Below, one piece after another: positions 32,938 through 45,980 of a stretch of DNA of 64,000 bases. Source of the stretch: Klebsormidium nitens (taxonomy: Eukaryota; Plantae; Klebsormidiophyceae). A program made the position numbers and the translations under genes. The stretch covers positions 22,537-86,536 of the forward strand of contig DF237342.1 of the NCBI GenBank assembly GCA_000708835.1, written 5' to 3'. A model generated the notes under the pieces. The model was not told the DNA's origin, did not search any database, and worked only from the letters and a program-made list of their open reading frames with translations. The first letter of the stretch is position 1; each line of letters starts with the position of its first letter.

Positions 32938-35900
32938 ATGCGCTGCGACACGGCCGGCGACCGCGCGTCCCCCGAGCAGGCGGAGCGCTCCCTCTTCCTG
33001 GGCGCGCTGGTCGCCCACATGGACACCCTGCGCGCGCGCATGGGGGGCGACTGGGCCGCCTTCGCCGACGAGCTGCACCACCGCATACTCCCCGCGGTTC
33101 ACGGAACGGGTGACGTCATCATCGACGTCACCTCCCTGCAGAAGATGGCGGACGGCGTCAGGGAGCAGTGCATGGCGTGGCCCGGCCCGGTGCGCGCATG
33201 GTTTGACGCGCTCGCGCCAAAATTGCGCGCGGCCGCGGCCGGCATCGCGCTCCCGAGGGGGTGGCGGGAGAAGCAGGACTTGCTCAACCACTTTCAGCAG
33301 ATAGAGAGGAGGCTAGGGAGGGGAGAGGACTTGCAACGAGAGCTCAAGATTGCAAAAGCTTCGGGTAAGGAGCAAACGAACGAGTGCAGCCGATTTGACG
33401 CTGAGAGAGGCTTATTTGGTTTGCGGCCAGGATTTACTTTGCCTTGGAGGCAAAAGAGCGCACTTCTTGCGGTTCTTGTTGTCTAGAATACTTGTAGGCA
33501 TCTTACTTTCAAACACCATCTGTTCACGCTCGGAGAAAGCCTTCTCTCATTGCAAGGTTGTCAAAGAAACGAGTCGGTCGCTTCTTTCCTCTTTCGAGTC
33601 TTCCAATCTGCTTTCTTCCGTTCAACTGGTTCGTTTACAGTTGTCCCGTTCTACATTCCCGGTCAAACAGATTGAGATTGTTTACGTCTTGCTTTCTAAA
33701 TCCCGTTCGCTTTCTGCTCTAAGTGTCCCGTTTTGTTTCTTCTCAGGGGGCTGCTTCCCTGGCCAGGTTAACGACACTCATCTTTGGTCAGTTTAATGAC
33801 CTCCAACTCTGCACGCAGTCATTTGGGCCTTTTCTTATCACCTTCACTGCTTCCCTTCATTTTTCTGTGTTTCTCTTGTCTTCAATCCCGTTGAATCTTC
33901 CCGTCGCATCCCGCGTCTTTCGTTCCGGCCCTTCTATTTTCACAGTTCCGTTCACCCTGTTCCGTTCCCATGCTTCCGTTCCATTTCTCCTTAGGGGAGT
34001 CCTCCCCCGGCTTCATGGAGGTCGCCCTCTTCTTCTGCACGCTCCGCGCGCCATCCGGCCGCCGCACGCCCGCCGATTTCTTTGGCACCGCGCGCGCGCT
34101 CGCGCCCTCCGAGGGCATCGTCCGGGTGTCCCTCCCCGACTTCGACGGTGTCGCATCGAAGTGCCGAGAGCTGCCCTTCGGCTGGACATATAGTCGAAAG
34201 CGGGCGACCGGGAACACTAGCAAGAGCCTGGAGATCAGCGCGTGCATCGTGCTCGACATCGAGCATTTCATGCGCCACGTGGCGGCCGGCGCCGCGCCGG
34301 GCGGCCGCGAGGCGACGGTGTTCGTGCACGGGTTTAATAGCTCCTTCGCGTGGGCCGCGCTGAAGATGGCGCTCTACGCGTACAAGATGCGCGAGCACGC
34401 GATCGTCCTCTTCAGCTGGCCGTCTTTCGAGGTAAATTCGTTGGTTATTTCGAAGGCGTGCGTTTGTATCCGTTCGCATTTCTTTTGTGAGCGCGTTTTT
34501 GTGGATGCTGATCATGGTCAGAGGTCGAAGACTTGACTGGCTTCTATGCGTACTTTGAAGAGTAATTTTTCCGTGGGCATTGTTGTTGTAGGCATTTACT
34601 GCCGTTTTATCTGATGTGCATATCGAGTCGTTTGGAATAAGGGGATCCATCTGGTGAAAGTTAAGAGCTGAAGTCCCTCCGTTTTCTGCTGGACTTCTCC
34701 TGCGATTGTTCAGAAACCTGGGGCGTGCTTTTGGTCTGCGGATGCGGACGGCCCGACGTCAACATCTTATGCTATTCAACACAATCCTGCTTTCAACCCA
34801 GTTGCTCGCTTTCGGTTCCCTACTAAATCTGATGGCTGCGGCGCCACCAGACTTAAAGAGGCACGATCCAACTTTGTGTAGCCTCATACCCAAAACCCTA
34901 AAACCCTAAATCCCGGAAACTCCCGCTCCCGCAGTCCGTCGAAGAGTACGGCGGCGACGAGGCGCACGCGATGTGGGCGGTCCCCCATTTCGTTGCCTTC
35001 ATGAAGCGCCTGCTGACGTCATACCGCCTGGAGAGGGTGCACGTGCTCGCGCACAGCATGGGCTCGCGCGTCGCGCTGTACGGCCTCGCGCGCCTTATCG
35101 GGTGGCAGGCGCCGAGGGGCGCGGCGCGCGCGCGGTTGGGGCAGCTGGTGCTGGCCGCCCCGGACTTCGACACCGGGGAGTTCTTCGACCTGCAGGCGGA
35201 GCTGAGCCAAGTGGTGAGAGAACTTGTGCAGAATTTACGCGCGCTTTATGAACTTCTTTCTGATAACCCGTGCTTTGACACCGAAGATTTCTTCGACCTG
35301 CAGGCGGAGCTGAGCGAAGCGGTGAGGAAACTTCTGCAGGATTTACGCGCGCTTTTTGAACCATTCTTTAGTAACCGGTCCTTTGACACCGGGGAGTTCT
35401 TCGCCGAGCTGAGCCAAGTGGTGAGGAACTGCTGCAAATATCACGCTTGGCAAATCGATTTTGTGATTCGTACCACGAAGGTCTGTGCGGATGGTAAAAT
35501 CTAATTTCGAGAGGTAATCGATGGCCCAAACAGTGGCTGGCGCTTTTGATGAGCGCCATTGCAGCTTCTTTGGATCTGGCGAAACCTCCCCATCTTTCGA
35601 AAGGGATTGAGGGGTCCTTGTGACATCCGTCAGAATCATAATTTTTTGTGACCGAAGCGCTGACAGAGCCTTATCTGAGCAAGTAAGGTTCCTGTAGTCT
35701 TACCTTCTGAACGGTCCAATAGTACGTGACCCATTGCTATGCCCACTTGCCATTCTGAGAAAGCTAAGAAAGCGCGATTTTTAAAGTTTATTGATCTACG
35801 CAGACTGGGAAAAGATCCCATGTGTCTCGACCGCGGGAACCGTATTGCGCAGCGTTCAGGACCCTTCATGCTTACCAGTTCTGACGTGATTGCTACGTCC

Positions 35901-36317
35901 CACATTTTTCGACAGGTTGAGCGCGTCACCGTTTACTGCTCCGCCAACGACCAGGCCCTCCACGTGTCCGCGAGCGTGCACGGGGGCCTCCCACGCCTGG
36001 GCCACTTCAGCGCGCGCGCGCTGCTCTCCGCGAGCCGCCACGTGCCCCTCGCTGACAACTTTGACGTCATCGACGCCACGGGTTTCGACAAGAGCGTGAT
36101 CGGCCATACGTACGTCTTCACGCACACCGGCGTGGTGGAGAACGTGTGCGCGGTTTTGCGCGGCGCGGCCGCGGCGTCGCGGCGCGCGACGCTGCGCCTG
36201 GAGCGCTTCGAGGACGCGTTCCGTTGCTGGCGCTTCACCGGGTTGGCGGAACGGCCGGAGAAGGCGGAACAGGAGAACGTGGAGTCGGAACTATGTGAAG
36301 AGCATAAGACGTCGTAG
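32938..36317 (+). CDS. DUF900 / COG4782-type alpha/beta hydrolase with an unrecognised N-terminal helical domain (ABH-A); exons ~32938-33364, 33995-34431, 34935-35213, 35916-36317; start uncertain (32917 or 32938)
   Basis: Motifs ALFFCTLR...FFGTAR...GIVRVSLP, VFVHGFN, VLFSWPS, VHVLAHSMG (nucleophile elbow), LVLAAPD, VTVYCSANDQAL and GHTY. Exon phases match. Confidence 0.88.
35270..35430 (+). repeat. Two copies of the ABH-A exon 3 end and donor
   Basis: TTTGACACCG...TTCTTCG...GAGCTGAGC.AAG.G|GTGAG with donors after 35321 and 35420; the functional donor is after 35213. Confidence 0.9.
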
Positions 36318-36690
36318 GAAGCCGCGAGAAAATTACTACTACTTTGTAATACCCTAAGAGACGGCGAAGTACAGATGTTTGTGTAGAAAGTTTGCGGTCT
36401 GATGGATTTGTCAGCAATATCGGTTCTGGAAGCAAGCCTGATGTTCGAAAACGGAAAACATCTCCAGTGATTACCGGCTTGATTCCCGCGTGTCCTTGCA
36501 AACAGTACATAAGTCCAAAGGACTAGAGTGACGCGTGCCAAGTTGCAAGTTGTATATGAACAGACCAACGCAACAGTAGCTGTTCGAAAGACTCCATCAA
36601 CGTCCTTTGCATACGAACCCTTTTGCTTTCTCTTCCTTCTCCCGTCTCTCAAATTTGATAAATTATCGCAAGCCTGCATTTTAAACCAGC

Positions 36691-36751
36691 AGAAGCTTCA
36701 GGGTTCAGAAGCTTCAGGGTTCAGGGTCAGGGTCAGGGTCAGGGTTACAGG
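36691..36751. repeat. Telomere-like variant (T)TCAGGG tandem repeat
   Basis: AGAAGCTTCAGGGTTCAGAAGCTTCAGGGTTCAGGGTCAGGGTCAGGGTCAGGGTTACAGG. Confidence 0.6.
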
Positions 36752-37236
36752 CAACATGTCTCCGGATGTCTTCATAGTTTATAGTCTCATCATCTGAGTA
36801 GAGTAGTAAGATGGAAGTATACATTCATGTACGGACATGACATCGGAAAAGACGAGGTCATGAAAGAGCTTTGATTGGTTTTGAAGCCCGTCTTGGTGTT
36901 TCCCGCAAACGCGGGGGTTTGATGCACATGGACGGCTGCAAAACATTCAAATTCTCTCGAATCAATTCTAGCTAGGGTTCAGATTGAGTAAAGATTTCCG
37001 AGAGCGGTCCGGGTGGCTTAGAAGTCCATGCAGTCTTCCAATAGCCTTTGGAATCGACAGTGCTATATGTTCGGGTATGTCGCAACGAACGTAAGCATTG
37101 CGTTCTTAAATGCCTCTCGGTGCAAACGTCGTGAAACGATCAAACAAAAGACTGCTTGGATTCGGAATTAAAGCTTACAATTTAGCATAGCGTTGTAGAA
37201 GAAGCTTGCGGACCCGCCCCTATCTTTCTGACATTT

Positions 37237-37828
37237 CAAGATTCGATCGAAGCGATAAGGTGTAATCTTGCCCGTCAAATTCATCATCGACGGTCCGCGC
37301 AGCCCTCAGGCAAATTGAGGCAATTTGCAGTGTCAATCGACCCAGACCGTACGGAACTTGGAAATCGAACCGCCGCGCACGTCGGTACTTATATTTTGAC
37401 ACGCGGCGCGCGGTGAAGTCAGCCAGCGCGACCGCAACCGGCGCAACGTACGGAACTAAAGTACGGAATATTATCTGACAGTTAACCTCTACAGTACATG
37501 CAACTTATTTTGGCCGTTGCGCGTACCGGGTATTGAAAGTCACGCGAACGTGTAGAGGATCCGGATCATTTGAAACCTAGCTTGCAACTCGGTCTGCGAC
37601 TGCAGCTAATGCACTTCGGCCGGTCAAAAGAGCACGGTAGACTTTGAACCGGTACCCCGACCTGCCCCACTACTAGTCTCACGTACTGATCGGTAGTAGT
37701 GCCGGTAGAACTATACATCCTCAGTGCGCAGCTTGGGCAACCGCCGCCCTCCCGAGGCTCCAACACCATGTTTCGGGCCTAGACACTTGGCAGCTTCTGA
37801 CTGGCCTTATCGCTTCGAGCGAATCTTG
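37237..37828. mobile_element. Possible MITE-like element bounded by 24-bp inverted repeats
   Basis: CAAGATTCGATCGAAGCGATAAGG (37237-37260) and CCTTATCGCTTCGAGCGAATCTTG (37805-37828), with one mismatch. No target-site duplication was seen. Confidence 0.3.
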
Positions 37829-38561
37829 GCCAAAGTCCCGAGCACTTTTCCATCAAGCAACCGGGCATAGTTACGGGCGGACCTGTCACCTTCTTCTACA
37901 ACGCTATGTACATTGTAGATGTATGGATCATGAAAAGCTTTTAACCGAGGAGATCGGGCTGGTTACTGTGCATGACAAAGAGCGCATGGAGCGGTATTAG
38001 CCGCTGATGATCAATGACAAACTTAATGAGTGAGCACTGAGTACTTATCAGCACAGTGGGCGATCATTATATAGAGGCGCATTGAGGGCGCATGGTTCAT
38101 CATTCAGATTAAGCGGACAAGCAGATCCGCATTCTCCTTCCAGAAGCGTCCCTCATATCCAATTAAGGCTGTGAATCGTCCTCTTGAATATTGGCCCGGT
38201 GAGCTTTTACCGTGCACGGACTCAGAGATGCGTTGACTCGATTTATGTTGTATAACAAATCTTTATCAAACCAAACTATACGCCACTAAAAAGTATACTA
38301 CAATAGTTCGACTGCATTGATCCTTTCTTTAAGTTCCGTTGTCAACGGTCGGCCAGTGTTTTACTCGTCTATATATTCAATCTCACACTTCATATACGTG
38401 ACATTCTCCATAAACATGTATAGCACCAGGAGCTGTAATTTCTACAGGAGTGTTCGCAACACTAAAAATGATCGTTCCAAGCTTTTGACTTCGATATTCT
38501 CTCAACTTGACCGCAGAAGAATATGTCTCAGTTTCTAGTACAAGCATACATCATCGGTTTT

Positions 38562-41500
38562 CTATGTCGCATTCTCCTCACACAACTCCGACTCCACGTT
38601 CTCCTGTTCCGCCTTTGCCGGCCGTTCCGCCCCCCCGACGAAGCGCCAGTAACGGAACGCGTCCTCGAAGCGCTCCGGGCGGAGCGCCGCGCGCCGCGAC
38701 GCTGCGGCCGCGCCGCGCAAAACCGCGCACACGTCCTCCACCACGCCGGTGTGCGTGAAGACGTACGTGTGGCCGATCACGCTCTTGTCGAAACCCGTGG
38801 CGTCGATGACGTCAACGTTGTCAGCGAGGGGCACGTGGCGGCTCGCGGAGTGCAGCCCGCGCGTGCTGAAGTTGCCGAGCCGGGGGAGGCCCCCGTGCAC
38901 GCGCGCGGACAGGTGGAGGGCCTGGTCGTTGGCGGAGCAGTACACGGTGATGCGCTCGACCTGATAAGATGAAGAAACGTGTCAACGATGGAGCGGAATG
39001 TAAGAAAGGACGTTATGACCCCCCGCGGTCTATGCACCGCTTGAGTCGCGTTAGTCTGCGTCCGGATGATCAGCACCCAACTTATCAGACAGAGACGGGT
39101 TATCTAGGAAGCCTGTGTTACAGCACAACAAGTAAAGCCGGACGTAAAGCGGGACACGAGCGTCGGACGATTGAAGGTACAGGTTGATGACCGTGCTTCT
39201 GCTTTAACAATAGGAATCTCGACCTAGAAGGTCGAGGGATGTTGCAATGAGATTAACGTAGTAGTGGATCGCTCAAAGGCGGATCGTTGATTTCCCCTTT
39301 TCCAATTAGTCCACTTCTTTTAGCGCTCCGGTCAAGTCCATTGATTCATACTCTCACGGATGCCTCAAAGATACCGATCCATGAAGCACTGGGAGTTCAA
39401 CCCAGACAAGAGATGGAGAAGCTCCTGGACTGATCGAAAGCGCATGGCGTCAACGAAAACCGTGTACCTATTACCCTCTCGACCCTAATTTTATTATTTG
39501 CACAAACGCTCGAGGTACGTTACATCAAAGGGCAAAATCAGACGGCAGATTCTCTGCAGCACATTCTCTCACCACTTGGCTCAGCTCCGCCTGCAGGTCG
39601 AAGAATTCCCCGGTGTCGAAGTCCGGCGCGGCCAGCACCAGCTGCCCCAGCCGCGCGGCGCCTTTCGGCGCCTTCCACCCGATCAGGCGCGCGAGGCCGT
39701 ACAGCGCAACACGCGAGCCCATGCTGCGCGCGAGCACGTGCACCTTCTCCAGCCGGTATGACGTCAGCAGGCGCTTCATAAAGGCAACGAAGTGGGAAAC
39801 CGCCCACATCGCGTGCGCCTCGTCGCCGCCGTACTGATCCACCGACTGCGGGAGCAGGGTTATCATAATTGAGGGTTTTAGGGTTATGGAAATGAAGGAC
39901 GCTAGAGCTGGGTCGTAGGATTTTCAATATCAGTGATGCGGTGCCTAGCTGATTGCAACCTTTACCAAGACTCCAAAAGCAAGCGAATGATGTATGTATG
40001 TATCGACTAGAGAGCTTGGACGCCCGGATTGTGATGATGGGGCGAGGGTTTGGAGGGTTTCAAAAGTTCTGGGGTGATCCTCGACGATATACTGGAATCC
40101 TCGCCTTTGTCGGCGTTCTCGAACAACCCGTCGAAAACATCATTTTGGGGCGAGGTCAAGGGTTCGAGCTATTGTTTCTAAACATGCCGTAGCTCGGGGG
40201 CGCCTCAATTGCCATGTTCTTCTAAAAGGCGAGACTAAATTGAGTGCGGGTTGTGCATGCGTTCTAGATGTCAACGGTCGGTCTAGTTACTCCGTCCATT
40301 CTCCACATAGTTTGGTCCCTGCCTCTTAGAAGCAGACCAGTAGAAAACAGAGGACTTCAGCCTTTGTGATGTTCTGCAAATGCTCGAAACTACATCAGGC
40401 AAAAGGTGAGCGCTTAAGTCATTTACCTCGTAGAGCAATCAGCATCCGCTCAAGCGAGCCCCCAAACGAGCTTTTCCGAAGCATACAAAGGCACCTCTTC
40501 AAACAATGCAGCGACTCTTCACCTGAAAAGACGGCCAGCTGAAGAGGACGATCGGATTCTCGCGGAGCTTGTACGCATAGAGCGCCATCTTCAGCGCGGA
40601 GTTCGCAAAGGTGCTGTTGAACCCGTGCACGAACACCGTCGTCTCGCGGCTGCCCGGCTCGCGGCCAGCAACCACGTGGTGCACGAAATGCTCGATGTCG
40701 AGCACGATGCACGAGCTGATCTCCAGGCTCTTGCTCGTGTTCCCGGTCGCCCGTTTTCGATGGTGTGTCCAGCCGAAGGGTAGCTCTGGGCCGTTCGATG
40801 CGACGCCGTCGAAGTCGGGGAGGGACACGCGGACGAGGCCCTCCGAGGGCGCGGGCGCGCGCGCGGTGCCGAAGAAGTCGGCGGGCGTGCGGCGGCCGGA
40901 GGGCGCGCGGAGCGTGCAGAAGAAGAGGGCGACCTCCATGAAGCCGGGGGAAGAGTCGCCTGAGGAGAAACGGAACGGAATGATGAGGAGGGCCAGATCT
41001 CGCCTGAGGACTTTGGTTTACGTATCTCAGAACGACTGCTTGATCCTCATCCATATTGGTGTTATGACTTCTCTTGTAAGATACTAGATGCAGGATGTTG
41101 AGATGGATCAGTGAAAATGAAAATGGAAACATGGGAAACGAAAGGCAGACCCAAATAAAGACGAGCGTGGGCCAGAACCAAATCATGATTATGTGACGAC
41201 TATAGTGGCACAATTCGCAATATTCTGGGCCTCAAGCATGCCAAAGACTCATCTTATCAATCATTTCTGGCGAACCAAGAATTCCTGACACTGAATCCTG
41301 TGAAAGTGATACTTTTCGTTTCTGCTTTTTCAACGATTGATCTTGAACGTCAAACGTTGAGAGACCAGACTGAGGCTGGATTAAGACAAACATTCCAGAT
41401 GGAAGAGCATGCGAAGTTCTTAGAGCAACAAGCGGGACATCTCGAAGCACCGCGCGGCCTGTTATTCCGCTTAAGAAAGGAAGGCTATCATCAACTGGGT

Positions 41501-42230
41501 TCCTGCTATTGTGAACTCAAACGTCCTGCTTGCTCCTCAGGGCTGCACTCTGTAACAGGGGAAGGGGATGCTTCAGGCTTACTTCTGAATCTTCTCAGCT
41601 TCCTTTTCCAAGGGAGATTAGCTGGAAACCAATCTGCGATGCGGAACGCCATCGTCGTATTCCCAAACTTTCCAACAAGTCTAACTAATGCAAGTCAGAA
41701 TCGTCTCATCGTGCGCCGCGGCGTTTCTTTGGTTTATCTTTTCCTCTCTCCCTGATGCACAAAGATTCATCCCTGCGTTCCAACGTACCTGGAACGCTCG
41801 CCAGACTGACGTCCCGCTCCACTGCGCCATTTCTCCTCAGCTTCCTCTTTAGTTGCCGAAAGTGGTTCAGCAGGTCCTGCTTCTCTCGCCACCGCTTCGG
41901 AAGCGCCGTGACGGCCGCTGCGGCGGCCACCCGCGCGGCGACCATCTCAAACTCCGCTTGCACCGGCCCGGGCCATGCCAGGCACTGCTCCCTGACATCA
42001 TCCGCCATTTTCTGCAGGGCGGCGACGTCGATGCTGACGTCATCCGTCGCGTGCAGTGCGGGGAGGATCCGGTGGTGCAGCTCGTCCGAAAAGGCGGCCC
42101 AGTCGCTCTCCATCTGCTCGCGGAAATCGTCCATTTGGGTGACCAGTGCGGCCAGGAAGAGCGAGCGCTCGGCCTTCTCGGCGAAGGCCGAGTCGGCGGC
42201 GGTGCCGCAGCGCAAGCAGGATGCGCGCAT
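38562..42230 (-). CDS. Second DUF900-type alpha/beta hydrolase (ABH-B), inverted paralogue of ABH-A; exons 42230-41789, 40959-40523, 39845-39573, 38960-38562
   Basis: Same intron positions and phases as ABH-A; exon 2 is 437 bp in both. Motifs VFVHGFN, FSWPS, LAAPD, YCSANDQAL and GHTY are present. The elbow reads ARSMG instead of AHSMG. Confidence 0.88.
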
Positions 42231-45200
42231 GGTGCTTCTGAGACTGATCGAACCTCATTCTAGCTGGAGCAACCTGCTAGCTTCCAATTTGCTGAGAGGA
42301 GGCTCCCAGATGGTGCCAATTCGCAAGGTCTTCTGCAATGCTGTCAGTTGCAATGCTGTCTAATGCAATGCAAGGGCACATGAGGGGAGACAATGACAGT
42401 GTCACAAACTTAGCTATTGATCTCTCAACTCCGCAGGATGTATCCAAAGAACAAGAGGATGCACCATCATGCGTCCCCTATGCAGAAAGTGAATAACGGC
42501 CAAGCTTCAGGCTACGACTGGGTCAAAATTGTTCCAAACGCCCTATCAAGATATAAGCCATTGAGAGCAGAGTAGGCAGGTCATAGCTGCTCAGCCCGCC
42601 GCCCAAGGGCGCACAACCACGCCCGGGCAGAGAGTACTGCTTCGGAAATAGCGTGGCATACTTATAAATTCACCATAGAGTTAGTATCTGACCTAGTGCT
42701 GTGCTCATAAGTGCTTGCTCTTTTTGACAAGTCTGACAACGAATTCGCACTGACGAATTTCTTAGATAAACGAGTACGAAGCAATCCGCCTCCGGCGGAT
42801 TTTGCAGCTCGCCTCAATTCAGAAAGCATCAAATTTCTTTGAAAGGCAACGCTGAGGGTGGGTGGGAGGGCGGGCCGGCGCTCATTCACAAAGGTATCTG
42901 GGTGCGGCGGCGATCCCCATGCATTGCTTGGTACATATATGCATCCAATGTCAGAATAGATATCCGGTAATTCATTCGGCAAGCTGCCGTATACCGTATA
43001 CCTATCTATCTTGTTAATATATATATAGCAGTCATTTTTGACTCTGCGGACGGGGGGGTGGGGGGCCAGCCGGTACAAATTGTATGGACTTGTTCCGATG
43101 GGTTGCCCGGTTCATTTCGCAAGGCAGACTTACCCAGTTGTAGCTAGACCCGGGTGACAAGCAGAGGGTGGGGGGGGGCGCTGGCCGGTAATACCGTACG
43201 GCAAATTACAAAAGCTTGTGTGCGCGGCAATCTCGGCGAAAACCGGCCTGTATAGCTGGGTTTGTCTACGTCTCACACATTTTGACCGTGTGATGTGACC
43301 TAAGGGAAAATCTTTTTTTGTCTGCCGCCTTAACTGAAAAAAATAAAAACAGGTAGATGAATGTAACTGTACGCCGTCGTCGCAGAAACGAGACATGTTG
43401 TCTTACCAATTTCACTGTGAGTTTTCCTCCATTATACGGCATAATCTTATTGGCCTCAGATATTTTTAAAAACGGTAGTACGACATGAGACTCAACTGTT
43501 GTGCCATTAAGCCCGGGCGTCATACTGCGAAATAATTTGCCAGAGAGACCCCACATCCGAATGAACCCTATACCTCGCCCCATATAAATATGGGCGAGCT
43601 AAAAATTGAGCGGCACAAAGTTCAACAAAATTCGGGCAACAGATTGCCATCTACTAATCAGAGAGCACAATTTAATAAGAAGCTTGTCGAGGGCTTCTTA
43701 TGCATAAGAGTTTGACCCCAACCCGGTCGTGCCCGGGAGAAATAAGGGGTAGCCCCGGGAGGTCTGCATAGGGATCTAGGACTGTCGGTGAAGGTGGCCG
43801 GTTCCCTTATGCAGTTACCGAAGCGGTTCTCGGTACGGTATTGTTTAGATGTCCCAGCGCAAGGCAGCGCAATTCAGCCTTCTTAATTTCACAGGGGCTT
43901 GCTAGCCAAAAGAGAAGCCTCAAGATAACCGTCGGCCTGACTGGATTTGGTCAATGGATGTCAAAGGGGTGCGCCATTGTCATTGGCTCGGTTCACGTGC
44001 CCCGGTCCAAGATCGTCGATCGGAACACGCGTACAGCTGCATGTCGGTGCTTGGCGAGAAGCGATCCCGTCGCGCGCCCTCGAGAACCCTTTCCAACCGA
44101 TTCTCTGCCGAACACTGAACAGCGCCCAGCATGCAGGGCAATCCCTCTGAGTCTCAGTCTGCATGCCTTGGCAAGCCGGACATGAAAATTGGCGGCCAGA
44201 TCTAGCTTAGAGCGTAATTTCAGCGCTCGTCCGAGCGCGCGCGCAGCCTGAGGTATATATACTGCAGATCGGACGCGCGCGCCGGCCGGGGCATTTCCAT
44301 TGCCTTCGGGCAGTGACTGTGCTTGGCCACGCTTGTTGTGTTGGCTTGCATTCGGGACAATGTCCATTCATCAATCACGCTTTCTATCATATTGTATATT
44401 ATTTTGCACCAGTGTGCACAATCTGCAATCATCACAACATATTTTCATTATCCTGTTGGACCTCGTGGCTCGAATTCTGCAAGGATCGACTATAGTGCCA
44501 AGGGCCGTACCAATGCAATAAGACGTCGTACATGTTTCCTGCCTAGCTCCATACTTGTGCATAAAGAGTGACGACGGTTAACGTAAGGTTCGTGAGCTCA
44601 ATACTCAGGCAACTTTGAGTTGAATCGAATCCAGGATCGCATTGTTATCGTTGAGATCGAAACTGCTGTCCAGTTTCTGCCCTGAAGAACAAGTAGATCT
44701 GCAATCCGCCTTGATGGGATATCATGGTCGTGAATCAACGTACACGCGTGCATGATGTCAAGATCATCCCTCATGGACGATCTGCCCGGAGTGCCCGAGT
44801 ATGTTGACACAGCACGCATTACAGGCTTCACTAAATGAAGATATCAAGAAAGACTACCATCAATGGCAATTGAGCGTTTACTGCTTCTGGTATCTGAATC
44901 TGAGTGATGGGTCAAGGGGACAAACGTCTCGGCTGAAATGACTTTCGCGATCAGATGCATGAGAGCACCATCCACAATGACCCAAAAGCAACCGGTGGGT
45001 CAGGATGGTCCAAATTTTACGAGCAACCCTTTTCAAGTGCGCGACGAAACCAACTACTGATCCTACACGTTTACACGGATTCGAAGCTTGCAGGCAACAC
45101 CGCAAATCCAATCAATTCATGACAGTCTACTCGAGCCCAAACACTGTACAGTCGAACTAACAGTGTCTTTGATGTTATCTGTAGCACCAAACGCCGTCGT

Positions 45201-45980
45201 CTGCTCGCCTGACTGGGCGAAGAGCTCGGCGTTTGAGCCTGATCTCCGCTGTCCTACCTTACATGGATGAAACGACCATACGCACAGTGAAGAACGCATA
45301 CACAAAACTATCTACCGGTCCCAAAGGCAACGCCACAACCGAATCCCGAAGTGATGGCTCATTTCGTTAGCCCAACTTCTTCAACTTTTTGCGCAGATTG
45401 ACTGAAGCGAGGGTTCCATCAAGGGAGCGTTACTAGTGGTGAAACGCGTGGCTGGCGCTAATCGGGAGATGGTCGGGAGAGCCGAGGCGCACTACGTCCT
45501 GGCAGCCCTGAGAAACCTGCGGGGACCAGAACGAGAGCTCAGACTCAGAAGAAATGAGACTCTGACTTTTGCTTATTATATTCTCCCTTGGCGCTGCTCA
45601 GAGTCTAGAATACATGGACCCCATCTACGATTTTTGGTTCTTACACTCACTAAGTCAAGAGAACAGCATCGTCAATCAACACACCGTCAACTTTCAGAAG
45701 TCGTGTTCCCAGAGTACGAGCCCGACGCTTCTTATGAGGACGAGAATCGGCAGATTTCAAGAGGCCAGCTTTGGAACTAGATATCGTTTTTCTACAAGAC
45801 TGGACACATCAGAGATTCCGTTTAAAAAGTACAATGAAGGTGGCTCAATCGTCATACAACCTGTCGTTCACAGATCTCTTTCGTTTTTTCTCTTATTCAA
45901 GTTTGCCAGCTGAAGTTCAGGACAGTATAGAACAAGCACTGCAGTTCACCGAGCAGGTGCGAGCGGACAAGGTAAAAGCT

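Noticed and set aside
42630-43830. Possible transposon or Helitron remnant (G-rich direct repeats, hairpin at 43574-43598, weak inverted similarity near 42635 and 43812)
   Set aside because: The terminal similarity is too degenerate, there is no correctly placed CTRR end, no TSD and no transposase motif.
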